DNA of 64,000 nt from Dehalococcoidia bacterium (GTDB lineage Bacteria > Chloroflexota > Dehalococcoidia > Lucifugimonadales > UBA3495), in the NCBI GenBank assembly GCA_965203675.1, contig CBDBDE010000002.1:1151028-1215027 (forward strand), given 5' to 3'. Both the position numbers and the translations under genes were made by a program. Positions 45,099 to 53,495 of the stretch are shown one piece after another; positions within the stretch are counted from its first letter, which is position 1, and each line of letters starts with the position of its first letter. The notes below the pieces were generated by a model that did no database searches, was not told the DNA's origin, and saw nothing but the letters and a program-made list of their open reading frames with translations.

Positions 45099-45941
45099 TT
45101 AGCGGATGACCGCTTCCGCGATCCGCTCCAACTGCTCTCCCATCTCGGCTTCGGTTTCGACGAAATCGGGGCGGACCACCACCCGGTCGGCCCCGGCGTC
45201 GAAAAGGGAGCGCAGGGCTTCGAGGTTGGGGTCCTGTCCGTAGACGGTTATCGTCAGTGAGGCCGGGTCCCGGCCCAGCTCCGCCGCCAGGTTGTCGAGG
45301 GTAGCCCGGCTCCGTTCCAGGTCCGCGGGGCTGATGCGGTTGGGCATCCAGCCATCCCCCCAAGTTGCGACCCGCCGCAGAACGTTACGCGCCATTCCGC
45401 CCAGAATGACCGGCGGATGGGGGTCCTGCACCGGCTTGGGGTTGCACTTGACCGGCGGGAAGTCGTAGTAGCGGCCGTGAAACTCGGCTTCCTCCTTGGT
45501 CCACAGCTCCTTCAGCACCGCCACCGCCTCTCTCGTTTGGGTCCAGCGGTGGTCGAAGTCCCCGCCCATGATTTCGGTTTCTTCCCGGTTCCATCCCGCG
45601 CCGATCCCGAACATGAACCGGCCTCCGCTGTAACGGTCCAGGGTGGCGATGGCCTTGGCCAGCACCAAGGGGTTGCGCTCCGGCACCAGGGTGATTCCGG
45701 TGGCCAGCTTGATGGTGGTGGTCACCGAGGAAGCCCGGGCCAGGGAAATATACGGGTCGGAGAAGTGGGCGTAGGTCTCGGGGATGGGGCCGCCGCTGGG
45801 GAAGGGACTGTCGCTGTTGACCGGCAGGATGGGATGTTCGGCGTACCAGATCGAATCGAACCCCAGTTCCTCGGCCTTTTGGGCCATGAATGCCGGGTCT
45901 ATGGTGTAAGCAGGCAAGGGTACCGAGGTTCCTATGTTCAT
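45099..45941 (-). CDS. Luciferase-like (LLM class) flavin/F420-dependent oxidoreductase
   Basis: AEELGFDSIWYAEHP, LDRYSGGRFMFGIGAGWN. Length is 280 aa. Confidence 0.8.
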   Translation of the reverse strand: MNIGTSVPLPAYTIDPAFMAQKAEELGFDSIWYAEHPILPVNSDSPFPSGGPIPETYAHFSDPYISLARASSVTTTIKLATGITLVPERNPLVLAKAIATLDRYSGGRFMFGIGAGWNREETEIMGGDFDHRWTQTREAVAVLKELWTKEEAEFHGRYYDFPPVKCNPKPVQDPHPPVILGGMARNVLRRVATWGDGWMPNRISPADLERSRATLDNLAAELGRDPASLTITVYGQDPNLEALRSLFDAGADRVVVRPDFVETEAEMGEQLERIAEAVIR

Positions 45942-46123
45942 CGCGCTCTCCTTGCGGCGGCTGGTTGCCGGGCTTTGTTCAAATAATGATCAGGCTTTTA
46001 GAAACTATCTCAAAACCATTAGCCAACGTAGTGTGCGTGTGTTACATCTCGATAATGTGACGGCATTTCACCCCCATCCTAACCTTCCCCCGTCGAGGGG
46101 GAAGGGACTTTTGAGCTAGTTTC

Positions 46124-48112
46124 TTAGTCGTCTGCCGGTTGGGGCTGCCTGGCTCCGGCGGACAGGTAGTCAAATCGCTCTTGGGCGTGTTTCGTGACCG
46201 TTGCCAGGTCATCCGAGAGCAGGAAGCCCTGGACCGCCAGGCCGGAGGCGGCCTCCTTGACCTGCGCCAGGTAGGCGTCCCTGGAATCGTAGCGTTCTTC
46301 AATGGATGGACGGGGGTCCTGCCTGGTTTCCCGCTCTTCCCTGGTCACGGCAAAGGGGATGGTCGCGCCGGTTGTTCCGATGACCTGTCCCTCCGCTCCG
46401 ACCTCCGGGTGCCGGAGGTTCCAGCCGGCGTTGGTGGCGAGGGGCACTGAAATGTCCGGCAGCCTAATTCCGGCCAGCTCGTTTCCGTCGGCGTCCACCG
46501 CCGGAGCCAGGATAGGGTAGGGGCTGCCGATGCCGGCCGGCAGGTTTTCCGGCGAGCCTGCTGCGGGGTCGAAATGGAGCCGCGAGAAGCGCTTCAAATG
46601 GACCGGGAAGTTGACTCCCGGGATGGCGCGGAAGGCAGGGGCCACCGCTTCCGGGGCGACCAGCGTTCCGTCGGACAGCCGGGGGTGGCAACTGGGAGGC
46701 GGAGCGACTCCGGAGCGGACCCAGGCGTCGAGGTTAGCCACGGACGCCCTCAGGACGGGGCGGTAATCCACCCAGTTGAAGGGCTGCTGTCCCCGGGTCT
46801 CCCCGGGGCCTTCGCCGCCGGCCAGCGGGAAGCTCCCAGATGCGTGTTGGGTTCCCGCATAGTAGTAGATGCGGATGTCATCCGATGGTTCGATGTCCCT
46901 GGCGGCGGTGACATCCGTGTGGATCAGGGACAGGTGCGCCCACCAGTACTCGGAGGCGGAGTTCATCAGGAAAACCCTGGGCACGCCGCCCCTGGCCCGC
47001 TGGCGGTCCAGGAGCCCCTCGGTGGCGCCCAGTTCCGCATCGGTTTCGGGGGTGTCGGTGAAGGGAAACAGGTTGCTCATGCTGCGGCGGTGGGCCGTGG
47101 AAGGCTGGGCAAACCGCTGGTTGAACTCGCCACGCCGGGCGCCCGCCACATGGGCGATGACCCCGTCGAATACCTTCCTGCCTCCCTCGTCCAGGTTGAG
47201 CCCCAGGTACAGCAGGTGCCGCAGCAACCGCCCGCTCTGGGACTGGCCGAATCCCAGGGCGAGGTCCACCTCGCCCGCGCAAGGGTTGCCCGCCTCCGTG
47301 GACCCGTACCTCAAGAAGGAAATAAAGTCCCGGGTGGCCAGCAGTCCCAAGCCCGCGATGGGGGTGTGGCTGGTGGAGAAGGTTACATCGTAGATACGGC
47401 CGGGTTGGAAACCGGACTCCAGGTGAATGTGGGCCGGGTCCGGGACCCGCCGCCCAGCTTCGACCCGGGCAAAATGCCACTGGTCGCGAGGCAGCGGGCG
47501 TGGTTCCCCTTCCTCGGAATCCCGGACGGTTAGGGTGGCCTCCCAGTCCTCCAGGTGGTTGGTTGGATAGGGCCGGTGCCCCCGCTCGGACAGCATCTGG
47601 ACGTCGGATGCAACGGAGGGCTGGAAGGTCACGGCCATCCTGCCGGAGACCGGTCCGTCCTCGCGCACGGCCTGCGGAACGTCTATCCCCAACAGACCGG
47701 GCACGTCCGGGACGTCGTGCTGCCAACCGCACCAGGCAACGGTGTAGCCCCGCCGCATCAGGAACCCGTTCCCCGGGTCCGGGGGTTCCGTCGGGGCTCC
47801 GTCATCCGGCGCGTCGTTAATCAGCTTGAACGCCCGCCCTCGTCCCCGGTTCACCACATCCAGGAAGACCGTGCGGCATCCCCGGCCTGTTTCCGCAGGA
47901 CGCAAAATACGGAAGGGCGCTGAAAAACAGACCATCCCCGCATCATTTCTCGGCGCCAGTTCGATGTCGGCAATCAGGCTGTTGTCGGGATGGTCTCGGT
48001 CCACGGAGAAGAACGCCGTACCCTCGATGAGCTCGTAGGTACCGGCGTCGCCGAAGGACTTCCCGCCCCAGTAGGGCTGGCGGCTGTGGACTTCTATCCT
48101 GGATACTCCCAT
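46124..48112 (-). CDS. Large hypothetical protein, probably alpha/beta-hydrolase-domain family (662 aa)
   Basis: GFGQSQSGRLLRHLLYLG looks like a nucleophile-elbow segment. The N-terminal pattern SFGDAGTYELIEG...NRGRG recalls uncharacterised alpha/beta-hydrolase-domain proteins. This assignment is from memory only. Confidence 0.45.
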   Translation of the reverse strand: MGVSRIEVHSRQPYWGGKSFGDAGTYELIEGTAFFSVDRDHPDNSLIADIELAPRNDAGMVCFSAPFRILRPAETGRGCRTVFLDVVNRGRGRAFKLINDAPDDGAPTEPPDPGNGFLMRRGYTVAWCGWQHDVPDVPGLLGIDVPQAVREDGPVSGRMAVTFQPSVASDVQMLSERGHRPYPTNHLEDWEATLTVRDSEEGEPRPLPRDQWHFARVEAGRRVPDPAHIHLESGFQPGRIYDVTFSTSHTPIAGLGLLATRDFISFLRYGSTEAGNPCAGEVDLALGFGQSQSGRLLRHLLYLGLNLDEGGRKVFDGVIAHVAGARRGEFNQRFAQPSTAHRRSMSNLFPFTDTPETDAELGATEGLLDRQRARGGVPRVFLMNSASEYWWAHLSLIHTDVTAARDIEPSDDIRIYYYAGTQHASGSFPLAGGEGPGETRGQQPFNWVDYRPVLRASVANLDAWVRSGVAPPPSCHPRLSDGTLVAPEAVAPAFRAIPGVNFPVHLKRFSRLHFDPAAGSPENLPAGIGSPYPILAPAVDADGNELAGIRLPDISVPLATNAGWNLRHPEVGAEGQVIGTTGATIPFAVTREERETRQDPRPSIEERYDSRDAYLAQVKEAASGLAVQGFLLSDDLATVTKHAQERFDYLSAGARQPQPADD

Positions 48113-48185
48113 GACTAACCTCCGATGGGGCCACCCTTAAGAGGGCAGCTCGCTACCCTGGAATGGGGATGTCCTGGCTACCGGG

Positions 48186-51100
48186 CTAGAAAACCGTGCT
48201 GGTATCCACGTCCAGGTCCGTTGGAGCGGCCTCGCCGGTGAAGTCCTGCCACCACTCCTCGAACCCATCCAGCCCCATCTTGTCCCGCAGCCGGGCCAAG
48301 TGCGCCTTGACCTGGACCACCATGGGAAGGTTGTAGTCCATGGCCAACTGGTAGGTCTTGGCGACCCATTCCAGGGCCCCCGGAATATCCTCCTGTTCCT
48401 CGGCGACCATTCCCAGCTGGCCGTAGGTGCGGGCCGCGCGAAGCAGGTCACCCAGCTCCTCGAAAATCTCCCGGGCCTGGTGGTACCACCTGGCGGCGTC
48501 CTCGTACCGCTTCTGTTCGTGGAACAGCACTCCAAGCTGACGGCACTCGTCTCCCACCGCCCGCCGGTTGCCCACCATTTCCCACTGGTTCATCGCCGCG
48601 ACGTACCACTCCTCGGCCTCGTCGTAGATGATGCCCCGGTTCTGCTGGAGCAGGCCGAGGTGGTGGAACTCCACCGCCATCTGGGCCTCCATACCCAGGC
48701 GGTCCGCCAGGTTCAACGCCTGTTCGTAGTAGTCGATGGCCTCGTCGAACAGGTACTGGGAGTGGCACACCGTTCCCAGCTCGTGGAAAATCAGGACCGC
48801 CGTTTCCTCGTCGCGCTGTTCCTCGACGATGGCCCGGGCCCGCTGGTACCAGCTGTCCGCCTCCTGGTACTCGAACCTGAGATGGGACACGGCCCCCAGG
48901 GCCCGGTAGTCCTTGACCATCTCCTCCTCGTCGGGAAGCCGCTGGTGGATATCCAGGGCCTTCTGATACAGCTCCTTGGCCTCGGTGTAGTAGCGCTGGT
49001 GCTGCTTGACCTGTCCCAAGGCGAAGTAATCGTCGGCCACGGAGGCCTGGTCCTCCCCGTTTTCGATAATTCCCAGGGACTGTTCGAACCATCCGGCCGC
49101 CTCGTCCAGCCGGAACCTGCGGAGGGCAATCTGGCCGAATTGGTGGGATACTGCCGCCACCCTGGGATCCTGGGCGCTTCCTTCCAGGTTGGAGAGATAC
49201 TCGTATAGCTGGCGGTTAAGGTCCTCGGCGTACTCCAGGTCTCCCACGTCCACCGACTCGCTGGCTTCCGTGCCCAGCAGGTAGGTCCAGAACTCCTCCG
49301 CACCGTTGGATGCTGCGTCCTCCGCCGTCACGCCGACGACTTCCAGCAGCTGCCGCCGCAACCGCCGCAGCTCCGCGAACCGCTTCTGCATCCGGTAGAC
49401 CTGGGCCAGGGGCTGGACCAGCAGCTGGGCGTTGTCCCAATGACGGGCCTCGAGGGCCAGGCCGAGAGCCTGGGTCAGGTTGCCCTCCTCGGCGAGGATT
49501 GCCGTGACGCCCGCATCCTGGTTTTCGTAGAGGGACTCCATGAAGTAGTCTGCCGTGTCCGCGTAAACCCGCACGTACTCCTGTTCCAGGTCGCCCAGCC
49601 GGGCCGTTGCCACCTGCTGTCCCAGCTTCCGCCCGTAGAACCAGGGCAGCGCGGGATGAATCTGGTACACGCTGGGAGAAACCCCTTCCAGGAAGCCATC
49701 GGCCAGCCCGGTCCGCAGCAGCGTCCGCGTCGCCCCCCAACCCAGTTCCTCGCCCATGGCTCCCTTGTACCCGGCTTCGCCGGTCATGTGGTTCACAATG
49801 TCCATCATCACCCGGCGCTGGAACAGGGCAAGGAAGGGGAGGTGGGTGCGGCTGCGGCGGGACATCTTTCCCCAGGAAAATTCCATCGCCGCCGTGAGCG
49901 ACGGCAGCCTGCCTTCCTCCAGGGCCGATTCGGGAAGGCTCTCCAGCGTCCGCTGGAGCTCGGCCAGCAGAGCGGTAGCCGGAACGTCCTTCAACCGGGG
50001 CAGCGCGATTTTCATTGCCAGCGGGTTGCCTTCGACGAAGTCGATGACATCCACCACCTCCGGGGACAACCGCCCCGGCTCAACGCCGGCCTGGGAAAGT
50101 ATCGCGGCGGCCAGCTCCCGGCGGTCACCGCCCTGCAGGCCGGGCAGGGTCATCGTTTGATGGGGGACGGACAGCCAGCCCTCCCCATCCCGCCGGGTAG
50201 CCAGCAGGACCCAGCTCTGTCCATCACCGGTTACGCCGGCGATGAATTCGTTGAGCCCGCTCAGTTCCTCCGGCTCCAGCAGCCCGGGCGACCCCGACGG
50301 AAAACCCGCCGCGTTCTCCACGTTGTCCCAGATGAGCAGGGAAGGATGCTGCTGCAGGTACTCCACCACCCACTGCCGCTGCTGGTCCAGGCTCAAATCG
50401 GGAAACTCCAGACCCGCCACACTGGTCCCGATTTCGTGGACGATCCGCTCCAGCCCCGACGGGTGGGACGCCTCGAAGGTCGTGTAGAACACCCCGCCAG
50501 GCCGCTGTTTCCTGCCAATCCTCTGGAACCAGCGGGCCAGGCCCAGGCACAGCTCCGTCTTGCCTCCTCCGGTGGGACCGGTCAGCGCCACCGTGGGCGA
50601 CTCGGTGAACATCCGCTCCAGCCGGTGCAGCTCTCCCTGCCGGCCCACCATGCCGAAGGCTCCGGCGGCGGGCAACTGCATCTCTACGTTCACGTCCTGC
50701 TGCTGGGGCTGGAGCATCGGCGGCGCCAACGGATCGGGCGCTTCCCCTTCGATAGCCCTGGGGGAATACTCCCGGGACTGGAAGGTGACCGGCGCAACCC
50801 AGTCCCACATTACCTGCTTGCCGGACAGAATGACCCGCACCGGCGATTCCATCAGGGCGTTGCGCGCCGTGGCCGCGCTGGCCGCTACATCCATCCCGCC
50901 CGCCAGGGACTGGTAGAACTGGCGGACAAACATTTCCCGGCTGGCCGAGTCCGCCAGTTGATAGGGAAGGCACACCACCACCGGCACTCCGTGTTCCGAC
51001 AGGTCCGAGGCCGCTCCCGCCAGCGTGCCCCAGGATTCCTGGTGGGCGCCTCCGGCCCCGGTGAGGAACGCCACCGGCACCTGGGCCGATTCCAGCGTTT

Positions 51101-51860
51101 TGCCCAACTGGGCTGTCTGCACCGTCTCCGGGCCCGCGCCGGTTTCCAGGACTAATGCCCCGGGCTCGTTTCCTGCCGTGATTCCGTCGAGTTGGACTAC
51201 GTGGTAATGCCGGGGTTTGTTTTCCAGGGCATCGGTCAGCCCCTGGAAACCGGGTGGGCTGACGTATTCCAGCTCGGCCTGCACCTCCAGGCCCTCCAGG
51301 GCAACGGCGGTCTCGGAAGCCAACCCGCCCCGGAAAGTGCTGTTTTCCAGGGACGGACGCGGGGCGATGAGCAGGACGTTGAGCTGGTCCGTTGGCAGGT
51401 CCGGGTCAAATTCACTGGCGGCTCCGGTTGGATTGCGGCGTATGACGCTGGCCATCTGGGTGGCCGGATAGCCCGCCTCCGTCTCGTTCAGCAGTTCCCA
51501 GGGCAGGGTAAGGAACTCCCGCCGGGACGAGACGATTTCCAGGCGGGTTTCCCCTAGGCCGTCCCCCGAAGCCTGGGCGTAGATGCCGGCCGCTTCCGGG
51601 TTGGCGTTGAACGTGGATTCGAACAGCACCCGACCGAGGTTTCTCAGCCCGGTCTCCACCGCCTCCGAACGGGCCTGGCTGGGGCCGAAGGGCTGGTCCG
51701 CGTACTCGCGGAAATACCAGTCAAGCTCCCGATGGTCGGATGGTTCCAGCGGGTTGGAGAATTGCGAAGGAGGGGCTTCGAGGGTGGCATCCGGCTTTCG
51801 GTAGACAACCTGCAACTGGCCGGATTGGGGGAGGTCGTGAATCTCAATCGCTTGGGACAC
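48186..51860 (-). CDS. STAND NTPase: N-terminal CHAT-like domain, central NB-ARC/P-loop module, C-terminal TPR array (1224 aa)
   Basis: CHAT-type LTLPWELL (aa 117-124) and overall CHAT layout. P-loop LTGPTGGGKTEL (aa 426-437). Walker B LLIWDNVE (aa 508-515) and LLATRRD. There are many TPR-like repeats (Y..A....Q...D...) over aa ~850-1190. Confidence 0.75.
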   Translation of the reverse strand: MSQAIEIHDLPQSGQLQVVYRKPDATLEAPPSQFSNPLEPSDHRELDWYFREYADQPFGPSQARSEAVETGLRNLGRVLFESTFNANPEAAGIYAQASGDGLGETRLEIVSSRREFLTLPWELLNETEAGYPATQMASVIRRNPTGAASEFDPDLPTDQLNVLLIAPRPSLENSTFRGGLASETAVALEGLEVQAELEYVSPPGFQGLTDALENKPRHYHVVQLDGITAGNEPGALVLETGAGPETVQTAQLGKTLESAQVPVAFLTGAGGAHQESWGTLAGAASDLSEHGVPVVVCLPYQLADSASREMFVRQFYQSLAGGMDVAASAATARNALMESPVRVILSGKQVMWDWVAPVTFQSREYSPRAIEGEAPDPLAPPMLQPQQQDVNVEMQLPAAGAFGMVGRQGELHRLERMFTESPTVALTGPTGGGKTELCLGLARWFQRIGRKQRPGGVFYTTFEASHPSGLERIVHEIGTSVAGLEFPDLSLDQQRQWVVEYLQQHPSLLIWDNVENAAGFPSGSPGLLEPEELSGLNEFIAGVTGDGQSWVLLATRRDGEGWLSVPHQTMTLPGLQGGDRRELAAAILSQAGVEPGRLSPEVVDVIDFVEGNPLAMKIALPRLKDVPATALLAELQRTLESLPESALEEGRLPSLTAAMEFSWGKMSRRSRTHLPFLALFQRRVMMDIVNHMTGEAGYKGAMGEELGWGATRTLLRTGLADGFLEGVSPSVYQIHPALPWFYGRKLGQQVATARLGDLEQEYVRVYADTADYFMESLYENQDAGVTAILAEEGNLTQALGLALEARHWDNAQLLVQPLAQVYRMQKRFAELRRLRRQLLEVVGVTAEDAASNGAEEFWTYLLGTEASESVDVGDLEYAEDLNRQLYEYLSNLEGSAQDPRVAAVSHQFGQIALRRFRLDEAAGWFEQSLGIIENGEDQASVADDYFALGQVKQHQRYYTEAKELYQKALDIHQRLPDEEEMVKDYRALGAVSHLRFEYQEADSWYQRARAIVEEQRDEETAVLIFHELGTVCHSQYLFDEAIDYYEQALNLADRLGMEAQMAVEFHHLGLLQQNRGIIYDEAEEWYVAAMNQWEMVGNRRAVGDECRQLGVLFHEQKRYEDAARWYHQAREIFEELGDLLRAARTYGQLGMVAEEQEDIPGALEWVAKTYQLAMDYNLPMVVQVKAHLARLRDKMGLDGFEEWWQDFTGEAAPTDLDVDTSTVF

Positions 51861-52149
51861 TGCCTGCTCCTAGTGTACGCTGGACTGGCCCCGGTACTGG
51901 CGCCGCTGTCGTTGCCAACCGGAAACCGGTGGTCTAGAATCGGCCGGTATTCGTAACCGTTACGCCCGGTGCCGACGCCTCCGGGACTCGGGTTTCGGCC
52001 GGTTGAAGGCGTTGGAGGGCTTGCGGGAAATCCAGCGCATTATACTATATTCAGTCCGGCCACCGTTGCCGGCGGCTGTGTGTGGCCGCTCCTCGACTCG
52101 CTTCTCGGTCTAGCGGTGCAGAAAGTTGGCCGGTGGTAGAGGTCTGGAC

Positions 52150-52405
52150 GGGGCTATCGTATGAATGCCAGGTTGTTCAAAGTTCCATCGAACAGCCAAC
52201 ACAACATCGTGGGGAACGAGCTACGGGGATCTGGATTCCCGCCTGCGCGGGAATGACGGGAGAGAGGGTTTGCCCCGGTTACCGCCTTTGAGGGGAGGTT
52301 TGATGGGGCTGTGGATTCCCGCCCCCGCCTACGCGGGTAAGGCTCTGCGCGGGAATGACGGGAGGAGTGGTGAAAGGACCGAGTCAGGCTTGGTGCGATT
52401 ATCTC
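52150..52405 (+). repeat. Composite dispersed element, copy 4 (two A cores, the second with an insertion)
   Basis: Left module GGGCTATCGTATGAATGCCAGGTTGTTCAAAGTTCCATCGAACAGCCAACACAAC. A cores at 52226-52260 and 52306-52353. Right module GGTGAAAGGACCGAGTCAGGCTTGGTGCGATTA. Confidence 0.8.
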
Positions 52406-52421
52406 TATCTTTGGGGGAACA

Positions 52422-52841
52422 TTGATTGACATAAGCGGAGAAATGCGGGAACTGTTGGACAACGCCCTTGCCGACGGCTGCTGCTGCATCGTGGGCACCG
52501 CCTCGGGCGACGGGAGGCCCCAGATTAGCATGAAGGGCAGCGTCCTGGTATATGATCCCACCACCCTTGCCTACTGGGAACGCGCCCGCCGCTCGGCCAT
52601 GGAAAACGTGACCGACAATCCGCAGGTGGTCGTGTTCTACCGGAACGCGGAACGCCGCATAAACTGGCGGTTCCACGGGACAGCCGAAGTGGTGGAGAGC
52701 GGCCCGGTCCGCGAGGATGTCATGTCCCGCACTGTTCAGGGAGAGCTTGACCGGGACCCGGAACGCACCGGAGCCGCCGTCCTGGTCCACGTCGACCGGG
52801 TCACCGCCCTTTCCGGCGAGGTCCTGCAGGAAAGAGACTAG
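52422..52841 (+). CDS. Pyridoxamine 5'-phosphate oxidase-family (FMN-binding split-barrel) protein
   Basis: CCIVGTASGDGRPQISMKGS...VVFYRN...RFHGTA matches the PNPOx-like pattern. The start is TTG 52422; ATG 52443 is also possible. Confidence 0.65.
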   Translation: MIDISGEMRELLDNALADGCCCIVGTASGDGRPQISMKGSVLVYDPTTLAYWERARRSAMENVTDNPQVVVFYRNAERRINWRFHGTAEVVESGPVREDVMSRTVQGELDRDPERTGAAVLVHVDRVTALSGEVLQERD

Positions 52842-52885
52842 GGGCGCCGGTTGACAGTAAGGTCAGGAGCGTCCAATAGAAGGAT

Positions 52886-53269
52886 ATGGTCAACGGACAC
52901 AGCAACGAAGCGGCCAGGCACACAGCCCAAGCGCACGAGTTCCTCGAAAAGGCGGGTCAGTACCTGGCCGGCGGAGACCTGCACCAGGCATCCGAGAAGG
53001 GCTGGGGAGCGGCCGCCCACATGGCCAAGGCCGTGGCTCTAGTCCAGGGCCGGGAGTACGAACGGCACAGCCACTTCCACCGGGTGATGAACCAGGCCCG
53101 CCGACTGAGCGGCAACGACCGCCTTCCTTTCCTGCACGGGCGGGCGGAGATCCTGCACGTGAACTTCTACGAGCTGACCGGCGACCTAGACCCGGTGACC
53201 ATCGGGGAGGACTTGGCCAGCATGGCAGAACTCCTGGGCGTGCTGGAGCCTCTGACAGCCAAGGCCTGA
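52886..53269 (+). CDS. PaREP1-like / HEPN-fold helical protein (127 aa)
   Basis: FLEKAGQYLAGGDLHQASEKGWGAAAHMAKAVALVQGREYERHSHF resembles the archaeal PaREP1 family signature (ASEK.WGA...K). Confidence 0.5.
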   Translation: MVNGHSNEAARHTAQAHEFLEKAGQYLAGGDLHQASEKGWGAAAHMAKAVALVQGREYERHSHFHRVMNQARRLSGNDRLPFLHGRAEILHVNFYELTGDLDPVTIGEDLASMAELLGVLEPLTAKA

Positions 53270-53294
53270 ATGTCGACAGGTTACATACGCCGGG

Positions 53295-53445
53295 TAAAGC
53301 GTTGCCAGTTTGGTTAAACTGACAATGAACGGTCAACACGATACTGCGGGGAGAGCACGGCGGGGGTCTGGATTCCCGCCTGCGCGGGAATGACGGGGGA
53401 ACGAGTTAAAGGTACCAGTTGGACTTTATGCGATTGCCCTGGGCA
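53295..53445 (+). repeat. Composite dispersed element, copy 5
   Basis: Left module TGCCAGTTTGGTTAAACTGACAATGAACGGTCAACACGAT. A core at 53363-53397. Right module AAAGGTACCAGTTGGACTTTATGCGATTG. Confidence 0.8.
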
Positions 53446-53495
53446 CGCCGGTTGACGCCGCTCCCCCTGGTCCGGTTGGCCTTGGGAAGCGTTCC

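Noticed and set aside
46078-46106. Hairpin CTTCCCCC-GTCGA-GGGGGAAG as the terminator of the 662-aa gene
   Set aside because: On the relevant (minus) strand it is not followed by a convincing U-tract, so I did not call it as a feature.
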